Shown piece by piece: positions 16,058-25,517 of a stretch of DNA of 64,000 nucleotides. This DNA comes from Myxococcales bacterium. Its GTDB lineage: Bacteria; Desulfobacterota; Binatia; HRBIN30. Every line of letters starts with the position of its first letter. The stretch's first letter is position 1. The position numbers were made by a program, and so were the translations under genes. The stretch lies in NCBI GenBank assembly GCA_037445065.1, contig JBBILD010000006.1, positions 32,001-96,000 on the forward strand, read 5' to 3'. The notes below the pieces were generated by a model. That model searched no databases, was not told the DNA's origin, and saw only the letters and a program-made list of their open reading frames with translations.

Positions 16058-17020
16058 ATGGCGAAGCAGCAGCAACGGAGCGACTGGTTGCCGTTACGGA
16101 CTGTGAGTCAGCTGACCGGGCTCACCCCGGATCTCATTCGCGCTTGGGAGAGGCGCTACCAGGCCGTGCAGCCGCAGCGAGGCCCGCGTGGCGCACGCGT
16201 GTATTCGCTGGAAGACGTGCGTCGCTTGCGGCTGCTCGCGCGGGCTGTGGAAGCGGGCCGCGCCATCGGGGATGTGGCGCGCTTATCACCCGGCGAGCTG
16301 GAGCGCCTCGTGGGCGGGGAGAAGGGTTCACCAACGGCAACGGCGACGCGGAACTCCGCGGGGGAGCCGGCGGCGGACCGCAGGCTGAGGGAAGAGTTTT
16401 GGGCAGCCGTGCGCTCGTTCGACTCGGCGCGGCTCGAGCGAGCGTTGAGCGAGTGTTTGGCGATTTGGCCGCTCGATGACTTGGCATGCGGGGTACTCGC
16501 CGCCTGGATCGACGAGGTGGGGGAGGCTTGGAGCAGGGGGGAGGTATCGGTAGCGCAAGAGCACTTCGTGTCGGCTGCCCTGCGCAACTTTCTCGGCCAG
16601 CTCTTGCGCACCCGGCAGGTCCCGGGTGGGCAACCGCAGGCGTTGTTGGCAACCCCGGCGGGAGAGCGGCACGAATTCGGGTTGTTGCTAGCCGGACTCT
16701 TGTTCGCGGATCGGTCGATCCCGGTGGTGTACCTCGGGACAGATGTGCCGGACGAAAACTTGCTGGCCGCGGCACGTGCGTTGCCGTCGCGAATCCTCGC
16801 TTTGAGCGTTGTGGATAGTACCAACCGACCACACGCGGCAGCCGTCATACGCAAGCTGGTACGCAGCTCGAGCGATAAGGAAATTTGGTTGGGGGGGCGC
16901 GACGCGCGCGCCGTTGCTGCTCAGGTGCATAACCCAGCGGCGCGGCTGCGCTGCTTCGAGTGCTTGGAAGATTTGCGTCAGGAATTGCGCCAGTCGCGCC
17001 TGTTTGTCGCGACCGTGTGA
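16058..17020 (+). CDS. carH: MerR-family B12-binding regulator, CarH/LitR-type photoreceptor candidate
   Basis: N-terminal RAWERRY MerR HTH; W-x9-EH (W SRGEVSVAQ EH); ERHEFG cobalamin-ligand motif; ALSV...WLGG. Confidence 0.85.
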   Translation: MAKQQQRSDWLPLRTVSQLTGLTPDLIRAWERRYQAVQPQRGPRGARVYSLEDVRRLRLLARAVEAGRAIGDVARLSPGELERLVGGEKGSPTATATRNSAGEPAADRRLREEFWAAVRSFDSARLERALSECLAIWPLDDLACGVLAAWIDEVGEAWSRGEVSVAQEHFVSAALRNFLGQLLRTRQVPGGQPQALLATPAGERHEFGLLLAGLLFADRSIPVVYLGTDVPDENLLAAARALPSRILALSVVDSTNRPHAAAVIRKLVRSSSDKEIWLGGRDARAVAAQVHNPAARLRCFECLEDLRQELRQSRLFVATV

Positions 17021-17027
17021 ACAGGCC

Positions 17028-17058
17028 GTAGGGCAAGAGCCGACGTCCCGTCGGCTCT
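17028..17058 (+). repeat. GTAG-headed hairpin (REP-like) after carH
   Basis: GTAGGGCA then perfect 9-bp stem AGAGCCGAC-GTCCC-GTCGGCTCT. Confidence 0.5.
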
Positions 17059-17077
17059 CAGAAAAAGGAGAAGGGAC

Positions 17078-17455
17078 ATGTCAAGGGTGTTTTCGGATTT
17101 CAGTGAGCATTCGATCGCGGTCATCGAACACATGTTGGCCAGTGGCGAGATCGTACCCGCGCAGATGCCGGGGGCGAGCCTGTGGAGCCCTGAGAAGAAG
17201 CTGGCCGCTGCGGTACTGGTCAGTGCCCTGGTGGAGATCCGCGACCATCATGGCGACCCCACGCACCAGAAAACGGTGCGGGAAGACGTCGAATGGGTGT
17301 TTTCGGACGATGGGAACTCGCCGTACTCGTTCTTGCGCTTGTGCGAATTGTTCCACCTCGACCCCGACTACGTGCGCGGCCGTGTGCGCAAGTGGCTGAG
17401 CGAACCAGCCGGCCGCCGGTACCGCCTGTGTTCTACGCACCGCCACGCTGCTTGA
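17078..17455 (+). CDS. Hypothetical protein
   Basis: AAGGAG RBS; PEKKLAAAVL...EWVFSDD..PYSFLRLCELFHLDPDYVR motif. Confidence 0.8.
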   Translation: MSRVFSDFSEHSIAVIEHMLASGEIVPAQMPGASLWSPEKKLAAAVLVSALVEIRDHHGDPTHQKTVREDVEWVFSDDGNSPYSFLRLCELFHLDPDYVRGRVRKWLSEPAGRRYRLCSTHRHAA

Positions 17456-17472
17456 GCGCGAAGGGGGATTGG

Positions 17473-18732
17473 ATGCGCATTGCGGTCGTGGGTGCTGGCA
17501 TTTCCGGCCTTGCCGCGGCGTACTTTTTGAGGCCCCGGCACGAAGTGTTGCTGTTCGAGCAGGAGCCACGGGCAGGTGGACACGCGTGGACGTGGGAAGT
17601 GGCAAGCGCTCAAGGTCTCGTGCACTTCGACGTCGGCTTTCTGGTGTACAACGAGCAGACCTACCCGATCTTCACGCAAATGCTGCGCGAACTCGCCGTG
17701 CCGACGATCCCAAGCGAGATGTCGTTTAGCGTCCAGTGCCGCGGTTGCCGGTTCGAGTATGCCAGCCATGGACTCCGCGCATTCTTGGGCGGGGCACGGG
17801 GTTGGTGGCGACCGCAGTTTCCGCGGATGTTGGCGGACGTGTTGCGATTTTACCGGCTGGGCCAGAGATGGCTCGAAAGCCCGGATCGGTGCAAGACGTT
17901 GGGCGAGTTTCTCGCCCAGCATCGGTTCTCGCAGGAGTTTGCGCGGCACTTCATCCTGCCCATGACGGCTGCGATCTGGTCTGCCCCGAAGCGGCAGGCC
18001 GCGGAGCTACCGCTGGGCCTGTTCCTGCGCTTTTTTGCGAATCATGGGCTGCTGAGTCTTCGCGGCCAGCCGCAGTGGCGAACCATTCGGGGCGGAAGTC
18101 GCGAGTACGTCAACCGGCTGTTGGAGCGGCTGGGCTCTGCGGTGCACCTGGGCGCCCGGGTAGAGCGCGTGACCCGCAGCGCCCGCGGGGTACGCCTGCA
18201 GGTGGTTGGGGTGGGTGAGGTCAATGCGGATGCGGTAGTGCTGGCTCTGCACTCGGATCAGGCTCTCCGCGTATGGCGCGATGCCTCGCCCGAAGAACGG
18301 GCGGCACTACGTGCCATTCCGTACCAGCGCAACGCTGTGGTCGTACACTCGGATCCCTCTGTCATGCCGAGTCGGCGCCTGTTGTGGGCCTCCTGGAATT
18401 ACCACGCGGTGGATTGCCACGAGGCACAACGGCCGGTGCAAATCACGTATTGGATCAATCGGCTCCAATCTCTCCCCCACCCCCCGCATTGGTTCGTGAG
18501 CTTGAATTGTGCGGAAGAGATCGACCAGCAGAGCGTGCTTGGCCGCTTCGAGTTCGACCATCCGCTTCTGTCGCACGATGCGACCTGGGCACAACAGAGG
18601 CTCCGCCAACTGAGCGGTCGGCATCGGGTGTTTTTTGCCGGCGCTTACTTAGGCTACGGGTTTCACGAGGATGGGGCACGGGCAGGATGGGAAGTCGCAG
18701 CACAAGTGGACCGATGGTGTATGGCAGCTTGA
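17473..18732 (+). CDS. FAD-dependent oxidoreductase, amine-oxidase family (UfaD-like fatty acid desaturase candidate)
   Basis: MRIAVVGAGISG, GGHA.T, DVGFLVYNEQTYP, SEMSFS, FFANHGLL, WASWNY, GYGFHEDG. Confidence 0.88.
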   Translation: MRIAVVGAGISGLAAAYFLRPRHEVLLFEQEPRAGGHAWTWEVASAQGLVHFDVGFLVYNEQTYPIFTQMLRELAVPTIPSEMSFSVQCRGCRFEYASHGLRAFLGGARGWWRPQFPRMLADVLRFYRLGQRWLESPDRCKTLGEFLAQHRFSQEFARHFILPMTAAIWSAPKRQAAELPLGLFLRFFANHGLLSLRGQPQWRTIRGGSREYVNRLLERLGSAVHLGARVERVTRSARGVRLQVVGVGEVNADAVVLALHSDQALRVWRDASPEERAALRAIPYQRNAVVVHSDPSVMPSRRLLWASWNYHAVDCHEAQRPVQITYWINRLQSLPHPPHWFVSLNCAEEIDQQSVLGRFEFDHPLLSHDATWAQQRLRQLSGRHRVFFAGAYLGYGFHEDGARAGWEVAAQVDRWCMAA

Positions 18733-19601
18733 ACTCGTGCTGGTACGACGCTCGCGTGGTGCACGTGCGGCACACACCGCGCCCGCACCGGCTGAGTTAT
18801 CGCCTACCGTTTTTCTGGCTCGATGTGGACCAGCTCTCCGCGCTTGGCCAGCGCTTGCGCTGGTTGGGTGTGGAGCGGCCGGGATTGTTTGCCTTTTATT
18901 CGAGCGATCATCTGGATGGGCGCGGGCCCGTGGGCGAGCGAGCCCGCGCTTTCTTGATCGAAAACGGGCTCCCGCCTGCAGGCTGTGCAAGAGTGTTCTT
19001 GCTGACCCTCTGCCGTCAGTGGGGCTACGTCTTTCACCCGGTCTCCTTCTTCTTCAGCTTCGATTCGGCTGGGGAATTCACCTGTTTGCTTGCCGAGGTG
19101 AACAACACCTTTGGAGAGAGGCACTGCTATCTCGTGCCTGCCTACGACGGTGAGCGGTGGCGAGATTGGTGGCGCGGGCGAGTGCGGAAGGTCATGCACG
19201 TCTCTCCCTTTACTCGCCGAGAGGGCGCGGAGTACGAATTTCGCTGGCAGCTTCCCGGCGATCGCCTGCGCGTGCACGTTCGGGAAGTCGAAGAGGGACT
19301 GCCTGTGCTGGATGCAACGCTGTCCGGCCAGCGCCAGACCCTCACCGACCGTGCGCTCGCAGGGCTGGCGGTTCGCTTTCCGTGGGTGTCCCTCAAGGTA
19401 ACCGCCGCGATTCACTGGGAGGCTGTGAAGCTCTGGATGAAGGGCGTGCCCTTTTTCCATCAGCCGCCACCCTCGCCGGAGCAACGTGCCCAGCAAAGCC
19501 TGTGGACGAAATTGGAAGCACCGGCCAGGATGGTGCGGAGAGATCAGGCGCAAGGAGGAGCAACATGGAAGATACCATTTCCCGAGCGGAGCAGGGACTG
19601 A
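18714..19601 (+). CDS. DUF1365 family protein (UfaO-like)
   Basis: VVHVRHTPRPHRLSY, WGYVFHPVSFFF, AEVNNTFGERHCY, KVMHVSPF, IHWEAVKLWMKG; alternative TTG start at 18729. Confidence 0.88.
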   Translation: MVYGSLNSCWYDARVVHVRHTPRPHRLSYRLPFFWLDVDQLSALGQRLRWLGVERPGLFAFYSSDHLDGRGPVGERARAFLIENGLPPAGCARVFLLTLCRQWGYVFHPVSFFFSFDSAGEFTCLLAEVNNTFGERHCYLVPAYDGERWRDWWRGRVRKVMHVSPFTRREGAEYEFRWQLPGDRLRVHVREVEEGLPVLDATLSGQRQTLTDRALAGLAVRFPWVSLKVTAAIHWEAVKLWMKGVPFFHQPPPSPEQRAQQSLWTKLEAPARMVRRDQAQGGATWKIPFPERSRD

Positions 19602-20809
19602 GTGCCTCCTGGGTGGATTCGCGATCCGCTGAGGTTTTGCTGGCGGCCTTGCGCCGCGCCGCGGCTGGCCCCTTGACCATGGTCTTGCCCAACGGGCGGC
19701 GCGTCGAGCTTGCCGGGCGACCAGGCGCCAGGCCCGTACGCGTGGACGTGTACGATTGGAGCGTTTTCCGGCGCGTTCTCATGGAGGGCGACATCGGGGC
19801 CGGAGAGACCTACGCGGAGGGGAAATGGAGCACGGATGATTTGGTCGAGTTGTGTGCCCGTCTGCTGACCTGCGACGAACTGTGGCAAAGCCGAGCGTGG
19901 TTGCGACCGGTGGTGTGGCTCAAGAACTGGGTTCTTTGGAAACTGCAGCGCAACACTCTGTCCGGGAGCCGCCGCAACATCGCCTTCCACTACGACCTCA
20001 GTAACGAGTTTTACTCGCTCTTTCTCGACCCCACCATGACGTATAGTTGCGCGGATTTCTCGGAAGACCGTACATCGCTCGAGTCCGCGCAACGAGCAAA
20101 GCACGAGCACATTTGCCAGAAGCTGAGTTTCGCTCCGGGGATGCACGTACTGGAGATCGGCTCCGGCTGGGGCTCGTTCGCCCTGCACGCCGCGGAGCGG
20201 TACGGAGTCCGAGTGACGGGCATCACCCTGTCCCAGCGCCAGCTCGAATGGGCACGCAGGTTGGCGCAAGAGAAAGGTCTCGCGGGCCAGGTGGAGTTTC
20301 AACTTTGCGACTACCGGCAAGTGCACGGAGAATTCGACGCGGTGGTTTCGATCGAAATGTTCGAGGCGGTGGGACACGAGTACTACGCGGACTTCTTTTC
20401 CACCGTAGAGCGGAGCTTGCGCCCGGGAGGCGGCTTCTTTTTGCAAACGATTACAATTCCGGACCAGCGGTACGACCGCTACCGGCACGAGTTCGACTTC
20501 ATCAAGAAGCACATTTTTCCAGGCGGGCTGCTCGCCTCGCTGCAGCGCATTCTCACCGTAGTGAAACAGCGAACGAGCTTGCGCCTGGAGAGCATGCGCG
20601 AGATCGGCCCGTTTTACGCACGCACCTTGAAGGCTTGGCGTGAGCGTTTTCTCGACCACCGCTCGCGCGTGGAAGCACTCGGCTTTGCGAGAGATTTCCT
20701 GCGCCTTTGGGAGTTTTACCTGGCCAGTTGCGAGGCGGCGTTTGCGGTGCGGCACATTGGCGATGCGCAGCTCTTGTTCCGAAAACCGGCTGTGGCTTGC
20801 AGCCGCTGA
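19565..20809 (+). CDS. cfa: Cyclopropane-fatty-acyl-phospholipid synthase family SAM methyltransferase (UfaM-like)
   Basis: NIAFHYDLSNEFY, MTYSCA, LEIGSGWG, DYR, SIEMFEAVG, FIKKHIFPGG, WEFYLASCEAAF. Confidence 0.92.
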   Translation: MEDTISRAEQGLSASWVDSRSAEVLLAALRRAAAGPLTMVLPNGRRVELAGRPGARPVRVDVYDWSVFRRVLMEGDIGAGETYAEGKWSTDDLVELCARLLTCDELWQSRAWLRPVVWLKNWVLWKLQRNTLSGSRRNIAFHYDLSNEFYSLFLDPTMTYSCADFSEDRTSLESAQRAKHEHICQKLSFAPGMHVLEIGSGWGSFALHAAERYGVRVTGITLSQRQLEWARRLAQEKGLAGQVEFQLCDYRQVHGEFDAVVSIEMFEAVGHEYYADFFSTVERSLRPGGGFFLQTITIPDQRYDRYRHEFDFIKKHIFPGGLLASLQRILTVVKQRTSLRLESMREIGPFYARTLKAWRERFLDHRSRVEALGFARDFLRLWEFYLASCEAAFAVRHIGDAQLLFRKPAVACSR

Positions 20810-20906
20810 CCCGGATTGCTTGCAGCGCCGCTAACTGAGCTCTTGCCAAGGATCGGGTTGGTCAGTAAGCGAGGCAAGTTGCAGACCCGAACGGAGGCAG
20901 AACCCC

Positions 20907-22736
20907 GTGACAGAACGCCAAGAGATCGATGAGAAAGTCAAAGGCCAAACGGTTTGCTCTCTCTTCCAGGAGACCGTGCGGGCCCATCCCGACCTGGAAG
21001 CCCTGAAATGGAAGACGCCGGAGGGCTGGAAGTCGCTGCGCTGGTCGGAGTACGGCGAACGGGTGCGTAGCCTGAGCCGCGCGTTCGTTGCCTTGGGGCT
21101 CCGCCCCGGAGAGTTCGTTGCCATCTTAGCATCGAACCGCCCCGAACATTACTTGGTGGACCTCGCGGTTTTACACGCAGGCGGTGTACCGGTGACCGTG
21201 TACAGCACGCTTGCCGCCCCGCAAATCGAATACATCGTGAACCATTGCGAGGCGGTGTTTTTCGTCGCGGAAAACCCGGCTGTATTGGAAAAGTTGCGCT
21301 CGGTTCGGGGGCAGCTCAGCGGTTTGCGTCGGGTGATCGTGCTGGACCAAGCAGAGGAAGTCCGCGGCGACCCCTGGGTGCTGGCCTGGAGCGACTTCGA
21401 AGAACTGGGCCGCCGGAACCCAGAAAACGATGCGGAAGTCGATCAGCGTTGGCGCGCGGTGCAGCCACAGTACCTCGCCACCCTCATTTACACCTCCGGA
21501 ACGACGGGGCCACCAAAAGGGGTGATGGTGACCCATTACAATGTGGCGTGGACCGCTGAGTCCCTGTTCCGCTTGTTCCCGATCCCGCCCGGGATGAGGC
21601 ACATATCGTATCTGCCGCTTGCCCACATCGCGGAGCGGATGGCGGGCTACTACTTGCACATCAAGGGCGCCACCACGTGTTATTTTTGCCCGAGTCCCCA
21701 GCAAATCGCCGACTATCTGCGCGAGGTGAGGCCCGAGTTTTTCTTCGCCGTGCCGCGAATCTGGGAAAAGCTGCGCAGCGGGCTCGTGGCCGCGATCGAA
21801 GCGCTCGACGAACCACAGCGCTCGATGGTGAAGCACGCCATCGAGGTGTCGTTGCGCAAGGTACGGCTCGAGCAGCAAGGCCAGCCGCTGCCTCCGGAGC
21901 TTGCCGCCGAAGCAGAGCAGGCCGCCATGATTACCGCCATGATTCGCCAGCGCATCGGCTTGGATGCCATCCGCGTTGCGTCGAGCGGTGCAGCTCCCAT
22001 TGCCCCGGAGCTGATCGAATGGTTTTACGCGATCGGGGTGTTGATTGCCGAGGTGTACGGGCAGTCGGAAGACACCGGCCCGACTTCTTGGAACCGGATC
22101 GATCGGATTCGCATTGGCACCGTGGGGCAGCCGATCCCAGGAGTGGAAGTGCGGCTCGCGGAAGATGGAGAACTGCTGGTGCGCGGCGGAAACGTGACCG
22201 CGGGCTATTACAAAGAGCCGGAACTCACGCGCGAGACCTTCGACGAAGACGGCTGGCTACACTCTGGGGACGTGGCCACCATTGACGCTGACGGATACAT
22301 CCGCATCGTGGATCGCAAGAAGGAGATCATCATTACCGCGGGTGGCAAGAACATCGCCCCCTCCAACATCGAGAACATGCTCAAGCAAAAGCCGCTGGTG
22401 GGCCAAGCGTGCGTGATCGGAGACCGGCGCCCGTTCGTGTCTGCACTGATCGTTCTCGACCCCGAAGCCGCCTTGGCCTGGGCGCAGCAAAACGACCTTC
22501 CTGCGGACCTCGCCGCCCTGGCACAGCACCCGAAGGTGCTGAGCGTGGTGCAGGGGTACATTGACGAGGTCAACCAGTCGTTGAGCCAGGTCGAGCGCAT
22601 CAAGAAGTTTGCGATCGTTCCGCACGAGTGGACCTTGGAGTCCGGTGAGCTCACGCCCACGATGAAAATGAAGCGGCGCGTCGTGCACGAGAAATACGCA
22701 GACATCATCGAGCGGATGTACGCCGCGAGCTCCTGA
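20907..22736 (+). CDS. Long-chain-fatty-acid--CoA ligase
   Basis: YTSGTTGPPKG, YLPLAHIAER, EVYGQSE, WLHSGD, DRKKEIIITAGGKNIAP, ELTPTMKMKR. Confidence 0.93.
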   Translation: MTERQEIDEKVKGQTVCSLFQETVRAHPDLEALKWKTPEGWKSLRWSEYGERVRSLSRAFVALGLRPGEFVAILASNRPEHYLVDLAVLHAGGVPVTVYSTLAAPQIEYIVNHCEAVFFVAENPAVLEKLRSVRGQLSGLRRVIVLDQAEEVRGDPWVLAWSDFEELGRRNPENDAEVDQRWRAVQPQYLATLIYTSGTTGPPKGVMVTHYNVAWTAESLFRLFPIPPGMRHISYLPLAHIAERMAGYYLHIKGATTCYFCPSPQQIADYLREVRPEFFFAVPRIWEKLRSGLVAAIEALDEPQRSMVKHAIEVSLRKVRLEQQGQPLPPELAAEAEQAAMITAMIRQRIGLDAIRVASSGAAPIAPELIEWFYAIGVLIAEVYGQSEDTGPTSWNRIDRIRIGTVGQPIPGVEVRLAEDGELLVRGGNVTAGYYKEPELTRETFDEDGWLHSGDVATIDADGYIRIVDRKKEIIITAGGKNIAPSNIENMLKQKPLVGQACVIGDRRPFVSALIVLDPEAALAWAQQNDLPADLAALAQHPKVLSVVQGYIDEVNQSLSQVERIKKFAIVPHEWTLESGELTPTMKMKRRVVHEKYADIIERMYAASS

Positions 22737-22742
22737 TTGCCG

Positions 22743-23210
22743 ATGCCAAGGCGTTTTCCTTCCCTCGTGCACCCGCAAGCCTTGCGGGTCGCCGTTCTCC
22801 TCGGCTTGCTGCTGCTCGCGAGTGCGTGTACCCGCCGCTCGCTCGCGCGCGACGCCGAGGTGCATTTGAACGAGGTGACGCGCACATCGGTGGAGCTGTT
22901 CCGCGAGTTCTCGGAAATGGGGAAACCGAGCGACGCTGCCTTGGCTGCGCACCGCCAGGCCATCGAGCGGGCGGAAGTTTTTTTGGGAAGGCACCGTGGC
23001 GAGGCAGGGCGGCCCGAGTACTCAGCCCTGCAAGAATGGATCGGCGCTCATGAGGAATTCGTCCGGCGTTGCAGTGAAGCGTCGTTGGACAGGGAATCGG
23101 GGGGCAGGCAAGCCGGCGATCTGGTCGAGGATCTCAACCGCTTGTTGCGCCAGGGCGCGGAGGTCCGCGCAATGCTCAAGCGCGGAGCGGGTGGCAACGC
23201 TGGCTCTTGA
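22743..23210 (+). CDS. Putative lipoprotein
   Basis: Hydrophobic segment ending in lipobox-like LASAC; helical mature region. Confidence 0.6.
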   Translation: MPRRFPSLVHPQALRVAVLLGLLLLASACTRRSLARDAEVHLNEVTRTSVELFREFSEMGKPSDAALAAHRQAIERAEVFLGRHRGEAGRPEYSALQEWIGAHEEFVRRCSEASLDRESGGRQAGDLVEDLNRLLRQGAEVRAMLKRGAGGNAGS

Positions 23211-23211
23211 G

Positions 23212-23766
23212 ATGCGAGCCAAGGCGAACCTGCTCAGCCTATCCAGGCTGGTGCTGGCGCCGCTTCTTGCGTGGTGCGTGCTGGCGGGAGGAGGCTGGGG
23301 TTGGATCGCGGCGGCCGTGTTTGCTTGGGCGGCGTGGAGCGACGTGTACGACGGGCGCTTGGCCCGCCGTGATGCGAGGCCGTCCTCCTCGGGCCGGTGG
23401 TTGGATCACGGCAGTGACATTGGCTTCTTGTTGATCTCGATGGCCGCCTTTTGCTGGGTGGGGGTGCTGCCCTGTTGGGTGCCAGTCTCCATTGCCTGCG
23501 CTTTTGCTGCCTACGTGGTCGAAGAGTCGCAGGGCCGGCGCTTTTCGTCCGCGCTCGCGAGCCGCGTGGGGCACTGGGGCGGAGTGGCCAACTTCGTCCT
23601 GCTCGGCGTACTCATCGGCCAGTTTTCGTTGGACCTCCGCGCCCTGCCCCCCTGGCTGCTCCAGGCTCTGTTCGCTGCTGTGCCCGCGTACTCGCTCGCC
23701 CCTGTGGCGCTGCGCTTGCGCGGGAGCAGGCGGGCGCACTTCAAAGCGCTGCCGACCCGGTCTTGA
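23212..23766 (+). CDS. CDP-alcohol phosphatidyltransferase family protein
   Basis: ANLLSLSRL, SDVYDGRLARR...GRWLDHGSD (D-G-x2-A-R...G-x2-L-D-x3-D). Confidence 0.88.
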   Translation: MRAKANLLSLSRLVLAPLLAWCVLAGGGWGWIAAAVFAWAAWSDVYDGRLARRDARPSSSGRWLDHGSDIGFLLISMAAFCWVGVLPCWVPVSIACAFAAYVVEESQGRRFSSALASRVGHWGGVANFVLLGVLIGQFSLDLRALPPWLLQALFAAVPAYSLAPVALRLRGSRRAHFKALPTRS

Positions 23767-23843
23767 GCTACAGCACGGCCGTTTCCACCACACCGCAACC
23801 TGGATTCTTAGGCGCGGCCTTTGCGACCACCCTTGGCACATGG

Positions 23844-23952
23844 CGAACGGCGAGCGGTCAACGGCGAACAGCGAACGGTCCGTTCGAACAGGGCCTGGGG
23901 TGTCGCACAGCACCACCGGCAAGACCTGTAAGGGCGACCCTTGTGGCCGCCC
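23844..23952 (+). repeat. Composite repeat copy A: heptamer array plus REP palindrome
   Basis: CGAACGG CGAGCGG TCAACGG CGAACAG CGAACGG, then GTAAGGGCGACCCTTGTGGCCGCCC (23928-23952); similar to 34824-34942. Confidence 0.7.
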
Positions 23953-24165
23953 GTGGCGCTGGGCGGGCAGCGTTTCGTGGACACCGTTGCGTGGAGGTTG
24001 CGTGGACACCCACGTTGCCGGCGTGACCGGGTCCCCGCGCGCGGTACCTCTAAGCGCCGGTCGGCCTACCATTCCGCTGCTACGAAATAGGCACATTTCG
24101 GCCCAGCGCATGAGCGGCCCTGGTGACCGCCGGTGGTATGGGGCACGCCGGTCCGACCGGACCCC

Positions 24166-24190
24166 GAGCAGGCACAAGGCTTACCCCTAC
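24166..24190 (-). repeat. REP-like palindrome, inverted partner of copy A
   Basis: Reverse complement GTAGGGGTAAGCCTTGTGCCTGCTC. Confidence 0.6.
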
Positions 24191-24295
24191 ATTCTCCTCT
24201 TCAACGTGGCCTGGCTCCGTGCCCACCCACCGCAAACGGACACTGCGCAGCGTTCTGTTGTCGCCACCACGGCCAGCTCGTCGCCTTTAGGATTT

Positions 24296-24320
24296 GCAGG
24301 GGCGGCCCTTGTGACCGTGC
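24296..24320 (+). repeat. Degenerate REP-like copy
   Basis: GCAGGGGCGGCCCTTGTGACCGTGC resembles 23928-23952. Confidence 0.5.
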
Positions 24321-24399
24321 GCGACGGGATCAGTCAGGGGTGGCCGTGAAGGGGACGCGCCTTCTGCCGGCTCTGCGATCCTGCCGCGTCGAGAGAGCA

Positions 24400-25425
24400 T
24401 TACGGAGAGCTGGTTGTGGCGGGGTGGGTCTCGCTTCCTCCTTGCTCCAGCGCCACGCGCCGGAGTTCGGTAAGGGAGACGCCGAGAAGCAGTGTCCCCA
24501 CCACCCCTTGTACGACGATGGTGAGCACTTGCAAGGCGTTGAGGAGGAGCCCAAAGGCGAGCGCGTCTGCCTCTGACACACCGAACAAGCCGAGGGCCAG
24601 AATGCACGCGTACTGGAAGGTGCCGATCATGCCGGGAGCATTCGGCAAGGCAGTGCCAAAGCCGATAAAAATGAACACCACCAGGGCAGCGGTCGGCGGT
24701 ACGGGGAAGCCGAAGCCGGAAATTACGATCCAGCTCGACACGATCGGCAGCGACCACAAGGCGACAGAGGCTGCGAATACCCGCAGCAACAACCGGCCGT
24801 CGGGAAGCACTTGCATGCCTTCCAGTACCGCACGCAGCAAGCGCAGGGTCATTTGGCCGACTCGTTGCGGCAGGAGCGGTTGCAAATGGCGGCGAAAGAA
24901 TGCTTCACCGCGCAGGTAGGTGGCGGCTACGATCCCAGCAAATGCGAACGTAAACACCGCGGGCACCACGGCTCCTTGCCGCACCCAAGCGGGGAGCTCG
25001 GCGGTGAGCAGAAGCCCGGCGAAGATGAAGACGAGAATCGAAAAAGAATCCATGAGTTTTTCCACCACCAGCGTGCCCACCGCTTGGCTCATGCGAATTT
25101 CGGTGACCTGGGAGAGCAACCACGGTCGCACTACCTCCCCGAGGCGGGCCGGCAGCAAGTTGATGGCGGAGTACGCCACCGAGGTGACCGCCCACAGCCG
25201 GCCGAGAGGGAGCTTGCGCAGGGGTAGAAGTTCGAGCTGCCAACGCCAAGCGCGCAACACCATGAGCGCGAGGCTCACCAGGACCGCTGGGAAGAGCCAG
25301 GGCCAGTGGAAACGGGAAAGCGCCTCGGCCAGCTCGGTGAGCGGGACATTGCGGAAAGCCAGGAACAAGAACACTGCAGCCACCGCGAAGCTGACCCCGA
25401 TCTGCAAGAGCGTGCGCTGGTTCAT
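24400..25425 (-). CDS. Lysylphosphatidylglycerol synthase TM-domain/flippase-like membrane protein
   Basis: LRAWRWQ, NLLPARLGEVVR, VEKLMD, LPNAPGMIGTFQ; many TM segments. Confidence 0.87.
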   Translation of the reverse strand: MNQRTLLQIGVSFAVAAVFLFLAFRNVPLTELAEALSRFHWPWLFPAVLVSLALMVLRAWRWQLELLPLRKLPLGRLWAVTSVAYSAINLLPARLGEVVRPWLLSQVTEIRMSQAVGTLVVEKLMDSFSILVFIFAGLLLTAELPAWVRQGAVVPAVFTFAFAGIVAATYLRGEAFFRRHLQPLLPQRVGQMTLRLLRAVLEGMQVLPDGRLLLRVFAASVALWSLPIVSSWIVISGFGFPVPPTAALVVFIFIGFGTALPNAPGMIGTFQYACILALGLFGVSEADALAFGLLLNALQVLTIVVQGVVGTLLLGVSLTELRRVALEQGGSETHPATTSSP

Positions 25426-25517
25426 GTGCTCCTCTCTACCACGTCGGCAGCTAGAAACCACGCGAACACGCAACGTACCGGGCGCGCAGCGCGAGATGCG
25501 AACCGGAGGAGCGGTAG

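Noticed and set aside
15507..16106. Several overlapping ORFs upstream of carH
   Set aside because: Arg/Ala/Pro-rich translations typical of GC-rich non-coding frames, with no motifs or RBS
23960..24020. CGTGGACACC / GTTGCGTGGA short repeats as a CRISPR array
   Set aside because: Repeats are too short and irregular, with no spacers of constant length and no cas genes
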